NCBI GenBank assembly: GCA_029561455.1
Contig: JAKQIY010000006.1
Coordinates: 142,860 to 206,859, forward strand
Length of the DNA stretch: 64,000 bases
Direction of reading: 5' to 3'
Source: a bacterium
GTDB taxonomy: Bacteria; Zhuqueibacterota; Zhuqueibacteria; Residuimicrobiales; Krinioviventaceae
Shown: piece by piece, positions 46,994-57,905 of the stretch
How the letters are laid out: each line of letters begins with the position of its first letter
Position numbering within the stretch: the stretch's first letter is position 1
Program-made: the position numbers and the translations under genes
Notes under the pieces: generated by a model
Database searches by the model: none
What the model was told of the DNA's origin: nothing
Seen by the model: the letters and a program-made list of their open reading frames with translations, nothing else

Positions 46994-47968
46994 TTAATAC
47001 CCGCTTATCCACAGGTTGCCGTAAGCATCAAAATCCATATCTGTTAATTTTTCAATCTGCCGCCCGGTTTTGCTGTCAATCAGGGCATAAGTGGCAATAA
47101 CGTTCATATTATTATCATACCGCTTTAATACCTGTTCGGAATTGTCATAAGAATAGAGTCCTTCTTTCCAGGCCAACGCTTCCAGTTGCACCACCGGGGG
47201 CGTCCAGGTTTCTGCAAACCCGCCAATAGTTACATCGTGCCGGAAAATTGCGGTCCGCGAACAGGAGAACAACCGCTCGCCGGCCTTGTCGTAGGCCAAT
47301 CCGGTCAGATTGGCGCTCACCGCATATCCCCCTGCCCGCGAGCCGTCAAAGCGATTCAATACTATAATTGAATCCGGCGCCTGGGTAACATAAAAGTTAT
47401 TTCCGATAATCGTACAGGCTTTAATATTTTTATCTTTTAAAATATTGGGCAAATATTTTTCAACTACCCATTTACTGTTCTCATACTTGAATTGTATTAT
47501 ATCAGTTGAAAAAAACCAGCAGGTTGTATTATGGATGGCCATCGGTTTGCCGGAATAAACCATATCGTCTAGTCGTAACCGCGAAGTTAAATAAATTTTG
47601 GGAACCCTATAATCCCGGTTTATATCACTATAATCGACCTGAAAATTCCGGTCGCCAATCGGATAGCCATCCCTTTCAAAATGTAAAAAATATTTGCCGG
47701 GGTAAACCGGGGTAATTAAAAAATTCCCGAGGCTATCGCTTACACCTCGGAAAAAGACCGAATCCACATCATATACTAACACCGCAGCGGTTAATACTAC
47801 TTTTACTCCCGCCAAAGTACTATCACTATCCCAATCTGTGATCTTGCCACTAAAGCTGTAGAATGGTATATCCGGCCGCGTAACGTGATGATCTTGTTTG
47901 TTCCAGCACCCGGCGAAAAAAATCATTAAAATACAGGTTACGCAATGCAACTTTTTAAACCTTGTCAT
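46994..47968 (-). CDS. Lipoprotein of the same multi-copy family as 22964-28215; this is a sixth, dispersed copy.
   Basis: The lipobox is FFAGCWNKQDHHVTRPDIP. The N-domain reads KITDWDSDSTLAGVKVVLTAA...SDSLGNFLITPVYPGKYFLHFERDGY. The C-terminal signature is ...YALIDSKTGRQIEKLTDMDFDAYGNLWISGY. Confidence 0.75.
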   Translation of the reverse strand: MTRFKKLHCVTCILMIFFAGCWNKQDHHVTRPDIPFYSFSGKITDWDSDSTLAGVKVVLTAAVLVYDVDSVFFRGVSDSLGNFLITPVYPGKYFLHFERDGYPIGDRNFQVDYSDINRDYRVPKIYLTSRLRLDDMVYSGKPMAIHNTTCWFFSTDIIQFKYENSKWVVEKYLPNILKDKNIKACTIIGNNFYVTQAPDSIIVLNRFDGSRAGGYAVSANLTGLAYDKAGERLFSCSRTAIFRHDVTIGGFAETWTPPVVQLEALAWKEGLYSYDNSEQVLKRYDNNMNVIATYALIDSKTGRQIEKLTDMDFDAYGNLWISGY

Positions 47969-48204
47969 AGTACAACCTCTGTCAGAAAAAAACTTGTAAA
48001 TTTTTACAAACTTTATAAAATATTAGTATTAAGATTGTTCGTTAACCAGACAATTGTATAACAACTCTGCGAAAAATGCAATTCATTTTTTAACTAAAAT
48101 TCAAAAATTTACAATTGCATTTGTAATAATGAGCTTTGATTAATGCAACCAATTTTCTAAATTCATTATATTATCATTAAACCATATAACAATCGCGGAA
48201 CCAG

Positions 48205-49860
48205 GTGACTATGAAAACCTTACTAAAAACCATCTGTTTTATTTTGTGTTTGTTTATTCCGGTTTTAACTTTATCCACAACGCCGCCTCCTCCCTCGATA
48301 CAGATCAACGACGCGATGGAATTCACCTCCTCCAATTTGCCGATTGTCGTCATCAATACCAACGGTATGCAAATCCGCGATGATCCGCGTATAATAGTGG
48401 ACATGGGCATTATCGATAACGGCAATGGCCAGCGGAATAATTTAACCGATCCCTTCAACGATTACAACGGTAAAATCGGCATCGAATATCGCGGCAGCGC
48501 CACCAGCGCTTATCCCAAAAGACAGTACCGCATCGAAACCGTCGATTCCCTCGGCGAAAACCTCAATGTCTCCCTCATGGGCCTGCCCAAAGAAAATGAC
48601 TGGATTTTATATGGGCCCTATACCGACGATATTTCCCTCATTCGCCATGTTCTCGCCTACCGGCTGTCCAATGAAATTGGCCGCTATGCCAGCCGCACCC
48701 GGCTCTGCGAACTGGTGATGAATGATGATTACCGCGGTTTGTATGTGCTTATGGAAAAAATTAAACAGGATAAAAATCGCGTCGATATTGCTAAACTACT
48801 CTCTACCGATATTACCGGCGACGAGATCACCGGCGGTTATATAATCAAGGTCGATAAATCTGCCGGAGAAAACGTCGCCGGCTGGCAATCTGAAAACCGC
48901 GTCAATTATCAGTACCATGATCCCCAGGCTGATGAACTGGTTACCCAGCAAAAACAATACATCAAAGATTACATCAATAGTTTTGAATCCTGCATGGCGA
49001 ACCTGGATGATAACGAACAGAACGACATTCCGGAGTATGCCGCTTTTATCGACGTACCTTCATTTGTCGACCATTTTCTACTCAATGAATTCTGCAAAAA
49101 CGTGGACGCTTACCGAATCAGCGCTTATTTATATAAAGAAAAGGACAGCAAAGGCGGTAAACTTTATGCCGGGCCGGTGTGGGATTTCAACCTCAGTTTT
49201 GGTAACGCCTGGTATGCTGAAGATTACATGGTTACCAATACCTGGCAGGTGGATTATACCACTATCATTCGTCCCTGGGATGGTTATAAAGTCCCATTCT
49301 GGTGGCCAATTTTGGCGCGCGATCGGGCTTTTGTTGAATTACTCTTGCAGCGCTGGAATGAACTCAAAAACCTCAATTTCAGCAAAGATCATCTTTATAC
49401 GGTTATTGATAATCTCGTTATTGTCATGACTGAAGCCCGGCTACGCAATGCAGCGCGCTGGCCGGAAATGGCAGATAATGATTACGAGGCGGAAATAACC
49501 ACTATGAAACACTGGCTCAGCGACCGCTGGGACTGGATGAATATCAATCTTGGTTTATTGCCCTCCGGCACTAGCGGTTCGGCAGATGTGGCTAATCAGT
49601 TCGCTTTACAACAAAATTTCCCCAATCCGTTCAATCCCGCTACTACCATAACCCTCAAGATATTATCAAAAGCGCAGGTCGAATTAAAAGTCTACAACAC
49701 CCTCGGCCAGGAAGTAACCACCCTGGTCAATGATGTTATTTCACCAACACTAAGCTATCCTGTTGAATTCAACGCTGCCGGATTACCATGCGGAGTATAT
49801 ATTTATCAACTCAAAGCCAATAATTATGTCACGTGCAAAAAAATGGTACTGATCCGATAA
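48205..49860 (+). CDS. CotH kinase family protein with a T9SS C-terminal sorting domain.
   Basis: CotH-like blocks are present (EYRGSATSAYPKRQYRIE; YRLSNEIGRYASRTRLCELVMNDDYRGLYVLMEKIKQDKNRVDI; LNEFCKNVDAYR). A signal peptide is present. The CTD reads NFPNPFNPATTITLKIL...LKVYNTLGQEVTTLV...GVYIYQL...KKMVLIR. Confidence 0.8.
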   Translation: MTMKTLLKTICFILCLFIPVLTLSTTPPPPSIQINDAMEFTSSNLPIVVINTNGMQIRDDPRIIVDMGIIDNGNGQRNNLTDPFNDYNGKIGIEYRGSATSAYPKRQYRIETVDSLGENLNVSLMGLPKENDWILYGPYTDDISLIRHVLAYRLSNEIGRYASRTRLCELVMNDDYRGLYVLMEKIKQDKNRVDIAKLLSTDITGDEITGGYIIKVDKSAGENVAGWQSENRVNYQYHDPQADELVTQQKQYIKDYINSFESCMANLDDNEQNDIPEYAAFIDVPSFVDHFLLNEFCKNVDAYRISAYLYKEKDSKGGKLYAGPVWDFNLSFGNAWYAEDYMVTNTWQVDYTTIIRPWDGYKVPFWWPILARDRAFVELLLQRWNELKNLNFSKDHLYTVIDNLVIVMTEARLRNAARWPEMADNDYEAEITTMKHWLSDRWDWMNINLGLLPSGTSGSADVANQFALQQNFPNPFNPATTITLKILSKAQVELKVYNTLGQEVTTLVNDVISPTLSYPVEFNAAGLPCGVYIYQLKANNYVTCKKMVLIR

Positions 49861-50153
49861 AAAAATTCTTCTCTTCGGGTTTGAATAAATGGGGGAATTA
49901 ATTTATTTAAAAAAAAGTTATTTATATATATTTTTGAAGATCGGATATTCTATAAATCCCTGCCCGGTATAATTTTTCTATTCTCCTAGAGTTTAATACT
50001 CAATGAAGAAAAGTGATTAATTCGATCTTGTACAAATCTCAGGTCTGCCACGAAATAAACGCCACCACTCTCCGGTATTATGAATCTGTAATTTTACTTT
50101 TAGGTGTAGAGTAATTTCCTTATCTAAAATTTCTCATTATCAGGAGAGAGCTT

Positions 50154-53100
50154 ATGAAAATGCATAATTTTTTACTCTGTATGATAGGCTTTATTTTGTT
50201 TTCCGGAATTTCATTAGCTACCGCTCCCTCTAGCGGGTTAAAACCAGATTTTCCAAATTTGTTATACACACAATACATACCTTCACTATTAACTATACCA
50301 ACTGCATCACAATTAACCAAAATTGCCGATATTGGCGGACGAACCAACACAATTATATTCAAGGATTATTACGTTTGCGCCAATGAAGGCAGAAACCTGG
50401 TCATTATCGATTTATCCGACCCAACTACACCGCAACTAATGAGTAAGCTCCAGCTAGGTGAGAGCTTTATCACCAATCTCTTTGTTTCCGGTGAAAAGGC
50501 GCTGGCCTGCACAGAATTTTCCGGCACATATATTATTGATCTGACCAATCCATACACACCTGTCATTATCGGTCATATTCCGGCGATTGGCATCGTTTAT
50601 GAAACTTATTTTGCAGGTAATTATGCATATCTTGCAGAAGGGAAAAATGGCTTTAACATTTATGATATTACGAATCCTGAACAGCCGCAAACTGTTTACC
50701 ATAACGCCGATTCCACCTATAATATTCGGATTAATGGTGCATTTTGTTATACCTGCAGCGGCTCAAAAATTACAGAATTGAATGTAAACAACCCGGCTTC
50801 ACCGCAAATAATTACGGAATTCAAACTTGGTTTTGATAATGCCAGGATGCTATATCTACACAATAATTAGATTTATGTACAGGATTACCATGAATTGCGC
50901 ATTTACGACATCAGCAATCCAGCAACATTACATCAAACTGGTTCTTATTCCTTCCCATCAGATCCCTGGGATTTAAAAGTGAATGGGAATCTCGCCTATA
51001 TTGTCTGATCCAGGTATTTTAGTATCCTGAATATCAGTAATCCTGCCACTCCACAATTAGTTAGCCAACAAGTGAACTTTTATCGGCCCTTACAGCTAGC
51101 AGTGTCAGGCGATTTGGCCTTGCTAGCCTGTTGGGAAAATAATATTCAGGTCCATAATTGCAGTGATCCTGCCAATCCAGCGCTAATATCCACCTGGGTA
51201 GGAGTGGCGCCAGTTGCACAATCAATAACAATAGATAAAAACAAAGCATTTATTGCCGAAAGGATGGGGGGAATGGCTATTGTGGATATTTCCAATCCGG
51301 CAGTTCCGCAATTAATACAAAAATATACAAACAACCTTAAAAGCTGTGATGCCGTCGCCGTTAAAGATAACATTGTACTGCTGGCCGAAACTGATATATT
51401 GCATATTTTTGATTATTCAAATCCGGCAGGGCTTTTACCCCTTGCCGATTTTTCTGTTCCGGAAGGTACAATAAAGAGTATATTAATTGACGGCTCGACA
51501 GCCTGGCTGGCTGCAAGTAATGAGGGTTTGATCGCACTGGATATCAGCGATCCGGCTCATCCTGCTAAAATCAGCCAGGTGGACAATTCTCAATATGTAG
51601 GAAATTTGGCAATATCCGGCAATTATATATGGGTTACCGAATACCTGTGTGGTTTGAGAGGATATAATATTTCAACCCCTTCAAATCCTCAGGAGATTGC
51701 ATTCATCCCAACTCTTTCCAAATCCAGAGATATTGTCATTAGTGGTAACTATGCTTATATCATCCAGGATGATAATTCAAAAATTTACATTGTGGATATT
51801 AGCGCTCCGCTATCGCCAGGTGTTGTGGATAGTGTGAATACCGAGATTTTTGACCCTTATTCTGTTCACATACAAAATAATATACTTTTTATTGCCGGAT
51901 TTAGAGGAATTCAGGGCTTTGATATCAGCAATCCAACGCAACCTGTCGAGGCCATCGCTTATTGTAAAGTATCTACCAATATTAATCATATAAAGGGAAA
52001 CAATGAATTTCTGTATGCCGCAAATGAAGGTATGGGCCTTGAAATCTACAAACTGCCAGGCTCACCTGTTGTTTCAGGAATAATCGTTACAAACACCAAT
52101 GACCTGGGGGAAGGCTCGCTGCGCCAGGCGCTGGATCAGGCCAACAGTGAAACAGGCCCCGATACCATCCGGTTTAATATTCCTGTCACCGACCCGAATT
52201 ACAATGCCGCCTCAGGTGTGTGGACAATTAAACCGGTTTCACAGTTACCATCCTTTAATGAGCAGACAGTTATTGAAGGTAATTCCCAGGCTGATTTTAT
52301 CGCCGAAGACACCAATCCCAACGGCCCGGAAATTCAAATCGACGGCAGCCTGTTATCATCCTGTCCGGGTTTAATTGTCAACGCCGATAATTGTGAAATC
52401 AGCGGCCTGGCTATTATCAATTTCCAGAGAGCGGCCATAAACGCCTCTCATGTTAACGGCCTTAAAGTCTGGGGCTGTTACCTGGGTCTCGATGCCACAG
52501 GCGCTACCGCCGGCCCCAACCTGTACGGCATTTTCTTATTCAACAATTGTAGCAACTCCATCATTGGTCCCATTGATGATTCCATGTCCCCCAATGTTAT
52601 CTCCGGAAATAGCGAAGTCGGTATTTACCTGGTACAAAACTCGTCAAATAATACTGTATATCGAAACATAATCGGTCTTGATCCGCAAGCGACTGTAAAG
52701 ATCGGCAATGCCGTTGCCGGTATTGCTATTGGGGATCAGTCCATAAATAATATGATTGCGGAAAATATTATTGCCGGTAATAAAGATGGTATTAGCATTG
52801 CTGATTGCATTGAAAATCAAATTCAGAACAACTCTATTGGCGCCAATCCCGAGTTCATTGCCAATCTTGGCAACACCGAATATGGTATCTACATAACGGG
52901 CTCCTCGGAACGTAATATGATTTGTGAAAATTCCATCTGGTATAACGGTTTGTACGGTATACTTGTTATAGGTCAGAATTGTGTTACAAACACTATCAGC
53001 CGCAACAGCATTGCCTTTAATTCGGAAGCGGGCATCGACCTGCGCTACGGCGGCAATAACGACATGCAGCCACCCGGACAGTTGCATAAAACCGGCGCAA

Positions 53101-53609
53101 CCCTCAGCGGCGTAACCGTGCCCAAAGCAGTTGTAGAATTGTTCAGCGACCAGCATGATCAGGGCCAAACTTTCCTGATAGATACCTTTGCCGATAACAA
53201 CGGCGTTTTCTCCTTTTCCCTGCCTGCTGAGCCACTTTTACCCAATTACACCCTGACGGCTACAGATACATTAGGCAATACCTCGGCATTTACCGCGCCT
53301 ATCTCTACAGTAATTATGGAACAGGAACAAGCAAAAATCCCTTCTCAATTTACACTGGAACAAAACTACCCCAATCCCTTCAATCCGGTTACCTCAATTC
53401 GCTACGGCTTGCCAACTGCCGACCTGGTTACTGTTAAGGTATTTGATATTCTTGGTAAAGAAACAATGACCCTGATAAATGCGGAAAAACAAGCAGCCGG
53501 CTGGCATAACCTCAAATTCGACGCCTCAACACTCACAACCGGTCTCTATTTCTACAAGGTTATTACTACCCGTTCAAAAGGGAGTGGCAAAATGATACTT
53601 GTCAGGTAA
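50154..53609 (+). pseudogene. LVIVD-repeat / right-handed beta-helix T9SS cargo protein interrupted by two in-frame stop codons. It is a paralog of 53993-57454.
   Basis: A single reading frame is collinear with the 1153-aa paralog throughout. It contains an in-frame TAG at 50868-50870 (LYLHNN*IYVQDYHELRIYDISNPATL, versus LYLHNDLLFVANNNILHIYNVSNPAT in the paralog) and an in-frame TGA at 51006-51008 (NLAYIV*SRYFSILNISNPATP, versus NLAYIADYYHIILLDLSNPANP). The track splits it into 50154-50870 and 51072-53609. It ends with an intact T9SS CTD. Confidence 0.6.
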
Positions 53610-53992
53610 ACGAGTTGGGTAATACATAGCCCTGTCGTCAATATACTGCCTCCAGAACTCTGACTCGCATTTTCCCCAACAGTATTCGGTATGTCTGGTC
53701 TTTTAACCTGGTTTAATGCATGAGAGGCATCAGTCCTGAACCTATCTGGGAGTTATTACTGGCATTCGTGTAACTCACTTTAGAGCTATACCGGTTTTCT
53801 CTTTATCTTCTCAATCGGTATGTTTTTTCAAAAATCCTAAAAAAAGTAATATTGTATTAAAATTTTATGTATATTTCATCTCAGATTAAAAAATTCAACT
53901 CTTTTAAAGCTCGTTTTTTCAATATTCCAATTCGATGAGTAAAATTAGAAAATTATAATTGCCCAATTTATCTCATAATCGGGAGAGTTGTC

Positions 53993-56900
53993 ATGAATAA
54001 ACATTACACCCTGTTCTTTATGTGTGGATTGTTGCTGCTAGCCTGCTTTGCTTCTGCAGTTCCATTCTCACCCGGCGTTCCTGCGCAGGCTGCCTCCGCT
54101 TTACTCACCCGGCCAAATCCCCTCTTGTACACTGAAAACACTGCCAGTTCAGGTTTAACCAAAATTGCCGATATTGGCGGGCAAAGCAGGGATATTGCCT
54201 TAAATGGTTATTATGCTTATACCGGCGAGGGCAATAAACTGGTCATTCTCGATGTCTCCAATCCCGCTGCCCCGCAATTACTCAGCAGATTGAAACTGGG
54301 AGAAAGCGAAATCTATAATATTACTGCTTCGAATGATCTGGTTTTCGTCTGTACTGAATATTCAGGTTCTTTTATTATCGATGTCGCTAATCCCCATACG
54401 CCGGCTATTGCCGCCCATCTACCGTATACGGGCTGGTCATTCAAATCCTGTCTCGCCGGAAATTATGCTATTTTGGCCAGGGGAACCAACGGCTATATCA
54501 TTTTTTATATCGTCGACCCCTATCAACCACAGGTTGTATATACCGGTTCCGTTATTGCCAATGCAGTAGAGGTAGTTGGTAATTACTGCTTCCTGGCCGA
54601 TTATACCAAACTGACAGTTCTCGACATCAGCGCACCCGCGGCGCCTCTGTTGGCCGCCGAATACCCGTTTGCCTACAACGACGCCTCGATGTTGTATTTA
54701 CACAATGACTTGCTGTTTGTTGCCAACAATAACATTTTGCATATCTATAACGTCAGCAATCCGGCGACCATTGCAGAGCTCAGTTCCTATACGTTCACTG
54801 CGGGCTATCCCTACGATGTAAAGATGGTCGGCAATCTTGCTTATATTGCTGATTATTATCATATTATTCTTCTTGATCTCAGCAACCCGGCGAACCCGCT
54901 TTTGCTTGGTCAGGAAGACATTGGCTGCCTTCCCTACCAGTTAGCCGTTTCAGGAAATTTTGCTTATTTCGCCTGTTTTTATAAAAACGTCCAGGTCTAT
55001 AATTGCAGCGATCCTGCAGACCCATTTTGGTTTTCCGAATGGACCGGCCCGGTTCCCACCGCACGGGAATGCGTTCTTGACCAAAACAAATTATATGTCG
55101 CCAACCGTGAAGCCGGTATGAGTATTCTGGATATCTCTGTTCCCCAATCACCTTTTTTACTGGGCAAATATACTGACATTTTCTACAGTTGCAATGCCCT
55201 GGCGGTTAAAGATAATTATGTTCTGCTTGGCGACCTGGATACGCTGCGTATTATTAATTGCTCAAATCCCCAGGCGCTCGTGCAGGTTGCCACGTTAACC
55301 TTATTAAACGGCTATATAAGCGATATTAAAGTGCGAAATTCGTATGCCTGGGTAACGGATAATTATAACGGCCTGATCGGGGTAGATATCAGCAATCCCG
55401 CCAACCCGGTCATTACCGGTAACTATGATACTCCGGGCGATGCGTGTCATTTGGCATTATCCGGTAATTATGCCTGGGTTGCCGATGGGTCTTCCGGTTT
55501 ACGCTGTATGAATATTGCATCTCCTGCCAATCCGTTCGAAATCGCTGTGGTGTCCTCTTTAAAAAATGCTTATGATGTTGAAATTTCCGGTAATTATGCC
55601 TGGGTCGTAAAAAGGTGGAATCCCTATATTTATCAGGTAGATATCAGTACGCCCTTGCTGCCGATCATTACCGACAGTATTAATACACAAATTTTTGACC
55701 CGTTCTCCGTACTTATTCAGGATAATCTTGTATTAATTGCCGGGGTTCAGGGTATTCAGGGTTTTGATATCAGCAATCCGGCTCAACCCGTCGAGGCAGT
55801 TCCATTTTATCAGGTTTCCTCATGGGTATCCGGCATGGACGGCAGCGCTGAATATCTCTTTACCGCCAATGACGGCATGGGCGTCGAAATTTTTAAACTG
55901 CCAACGCCTTCTCCGTTTACCGGACTGCTGGTAACCACTACCGCCGATAGCGGCGCCGGCTCCCTTCGTCACGCCATTGAACAAGCGAACATTAAAGCAG
56001 GGCCGGATACGATACGCTTCAATATACCTGATAGCGACCCCAATTTTAATATTATTGACGGCGTGTGGCACATTCGCCCGGCGTCCCCGCTGCCCTCGAT
56101 TACCGACGCTCTAATCATTGAAGGCTATTCTCAAACCGATTTTATTGCTGCCGATACCAATCCCGCCGGACCGGAAATTCAAATCGACGGCAGCCAGGTT
56201 TTTTCCGGCTCCGGTCTGAACGTTAATGACTATAACTGTGAAATCAGCGTTCTGGCGATCATTAACTTTCCCCATGCGGGTATTATGGTCTCCATTGCCG
56301 ATGGTATAAAAATCTGGGGTTGCTACCTGGGAATCAATGCCACAGGCAGTGCCGCCGGGCCCAATCGCTATGGATTATATTTATGGGGTGGCTGTGAAAA
56401 TTCAATTATCGGCCCCCAGGGTGCCTCACAAACTGCCAATGTAATTTCCGGTAACAGCGAAACCGGCATATTCATTGATGAAGACTCGCGCAATAATAAT
56501 ATAACCGGGAACATTATCGGTTTGAATTACAACTCTAATCTAAAACTGGGGAATGGTTATGCCGGGATCGCCCTGCAGGAGCAATGCAACGATAACCGGA
56601 TCGCTGAAAATATTATTAGCGGTAACGGCAATGGCGTAATCATAACCGAATGTGCCGGTAACCTGCTTGAAAATAACATCATCGGTACAAATAACAGTCT
56701 TGCTCCCGAACTAGGTAATACGGAATATGGCGTTATCATTATGACCAAAGCATTTCAAAACAAGCTATCCGAAAATATTATCTGGTACAACGGTAAAAGC
56801 GGTGTGCTTGTCAATGGTCAAACCAGTTATGCCAATACTATTTCCCGCAACAGTATTGCTTTTAACACCGACGCCGGTATAAAGCTGGTCAATAACAGTA

Positions 56901-57454
56901 ATGATAATATCGATCCTCCCGCCCAGTTACACAAAACCTGGACCACCCTCAGCGGCGTCACCCGGCCATTAGCAACAGTAGAACTGTTCAGCGATCAGGA
57001 CAGTCAGGGTCAGAATTACCTGGGAGACACTATTGCCGATAATAGCGGCGCCTTTTCATTTACCTTGCCGGTTAATCCGTCTTTATCGTATTACACCCTG
57101 ACGGCTACGGACACCTCCGGCAACACCTCGGCGTTTTCCATGTCCCTGCCTACCGACATCGAGGAACAACAGCAGCAAAAACTGCCGGAACATTTCACCC
57201 TTGATCAAAACTATCCCAATCCCTTCAACCCGGTAACCACCATACGTTATGGCCTGCCCGTCGCCGAGGTTGTCACCCTTAAGGTATTCGATGTACTTGG
57301 CCGCGAAATGCTGACCCTCATCGACGCCGAAAAACAATCCGCCGGCTGGCACACCTGTACATTCGAAGCCTCCCGCCTCGCCAGCGGACTCTATTTCTAC
57401 CGGCTGCAAACCCCGCATCAAACGCTTTGGGGTAAAATGACGCTGGTGAAATAA
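53993..57454 (+). CDS. LVIVD-repeat / right-handed beta-helix protein with a T9SS C-terminal sorting domain, 1153 aa.
   Basis: A signal peptide is present. Repeated LVIVD-type units are present (KLVILDVSNPAAPQLL; LTVLDISAPAAPLL; HIILLDLSNPANPLLLG; MSILDISVPQSP; IGVDISNPANPVI...). The middle has a parallel beta-helix-like run (N.I.GN.......I...). The CTD reads NYPNPFNPVTTIRYGLP...LKVFDVLGREMLTLID...GLYFYRL...GKMTLVK. Confidence 0.8.
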   Translation: MNKHYTLFFMCGLLLLACFASAVPFSPGVPAQAASALLTRPNPLLYTENTASSGLTKIADIGGQSRDIALNGYYAYTGEGNKLVILDVSNPAAPQLLSRLKLGESEIYNITASNDLVFVCTEYSGSFIIDVANPHTPAIAAHLPYTGWSFKSCLAGNYAILARGTNGYIIFYIVDPYQPQVVYTGSVIANAVEVVGNYCFLADYTKLTVLDISAPAAPLLAAEYPFAYNDASMLYLHNDLLFVANNNILHIYNVSNPATIAELSSYTFTAGYPYDVKMVGNLAYIADYYHIILLDLSNPANPLLLGQEDIGCLPYQLAVSGNFAYFACFYKNVQVYNCSDPADPFWFSEWTGPVPTARECVLDQNKLYVANREAGMSILDISVPQSPFLLGKYTDIFYSCNALAVKDNYVLLGDLDTLRIINCSNPQALVQVATLTLLNGYISDIKVRNSYAWVTDNYNGLIGVDISNPANPVITGNYDTPGDACHLALSGNYAWVADGSSGLRCMNIASPANPFEIAVVSSLKNAYDVEISGNYAWVVKRWNPYIYQVDISTPLLPIITDSINTQIFDPFSVLIQDNLVLIAGVQGIQGFDISNPAQPVEAVPFYQVSSWVSGMDGSAEYLFTANDGMGVEIFKLPTPSPFTGLLVTTTADSGAGSLRHAIEQANIKAGPDTIRFNIPDSDPNFNIIDGVWHIRPASPLPSITDALIIEGYSQTDFIAADTNPAGPEIQIDGSQVFSGSGLNVNDYNCEISVLAIINFPHAGIMVSIADGIKIWGCYLGINATGSAAGPNRYGLYLWGGCENSIIGPQGASQTANVISGNSETGIFIDEDSRNNNITGNIIGLNYNSNLKLGNGYAGIALQEQCNDNRIAENIISGNGNGVIITECAGNLLENNIIGTNNSLAPELGNTEYGVIIMTKAFQNKLSENIIWYNGKSGVLVNGQTSYANTISRNSIAFNTDAGIKLVNNSNDNIDPPAQLHKTWTTLSGVTRPLATVELFSDQDSQGQNYLGDTIADNSGAFSFTLPVNPSLSYYTLTATDTSGNTSAFSMSLPTDIEEQQQQKLPEHFTLDQNYPNPFNPVTTIRYGLPVAEVVTLKVFDVLGREMLTLIDAEKQSAGWHTCTFEASRLASGLYFYRLQTPHQTLWGKMTLVK

Positions 57455-57485
57455 AATACCGGGTACAAATATTTCGTTTTTTCTC

Positions 57486-57513
57486 AGAGCAAGGGGCAAA
57501 AGCCCCTTGCTCT
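57486..57513 (+). terminator. Candidate intrinsic terminator hairpin downstream of the 1153-aa gene.
   Basis: A perfect 12-bp stem (AGAGCAAGGGGC / GCCCCTTGCTCT) closes a 4-nt AAAA loop, 32 nt after the TAA stop. It is flanked by T-rich sequence on both sides. Confidence 0.5.
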
Positions 57514-57539
57514 AAATTCTTTCAAATTCTATATTCATC

Positions 57540-57905
57540 TAGTCAACACTGTCCATGCCGTCCACCCCCTGAAAAACAAGCTCTTTCACCAACGTCATTT
57601 GCAGATCGCGCCGGGATTCATATCCCGGTGCGGGAAATAAACCAGGGTTTCTAACCCTGGATAATGATGTTAATACTCTGCATTACCAAACTGCATTTCT
57701 GGTTCCAGGCCTCCCGGCTTGGAACCCCTTTACCCCGGCTCTGCCGGTAAAAATATGAATACTTTTACAGGGCGTCCCCCCGAACGCCCCATCGCTCAAT
57801 CTCGCTCAGGGAGTCCGTCCCAGAGCGCATAATAATGTAGAACATCCGTCCTGTAGTAAAATTTATAGTTCTGTATCAAGGGCAAAAGTCCCTTGTTTAA
57901 TATTT
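57540..57905 (+). ncRNA. Candidate structured small RNA, unassigned; the strand is uncertain.
   Basis: The segment is gene-free and carries at least five perfect GC-rich hairpins within ~250 nt: CCGGGAT-TCAT-ATCCCGG (57611-28), CCAGGGTT-TCT-AACCCTGG (57642-60), GGTTCC-N14-GGAACC (57701-26), GGGCGT-N7-ACGCCC (57770-88), and CAAGGG-CAAAAGT-CCCTTG (57877-95). The last is followed by TTTAATATTT, which looks like a terminator. It did not match RNase P, tmRNA or other motifs I know. Confidence 0.2.

Noticed and set aside
50868-51008. Stop-codon recoding (TGA or TAG read as sense) to explain the two in-frame stops.
   Set aside because: Other genes in the window terminate on TGA (46118, 43052) and TAG. 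No SECIS-like context is evident. Pseudogenisation or sequencing error is more parsimonious.
57601-57790. Identification of the hairpin-rich segment as RNase P RNA or tmRNA.
   Set aside because: The universally conserved RNase P motifs (GGAAAGUCCGGGCU, ACAGAACCCGGCUUA) are absent, and there is no tmRNA tag-peptide ORF with a tRNA-like CCA end. The element is left unassigned.
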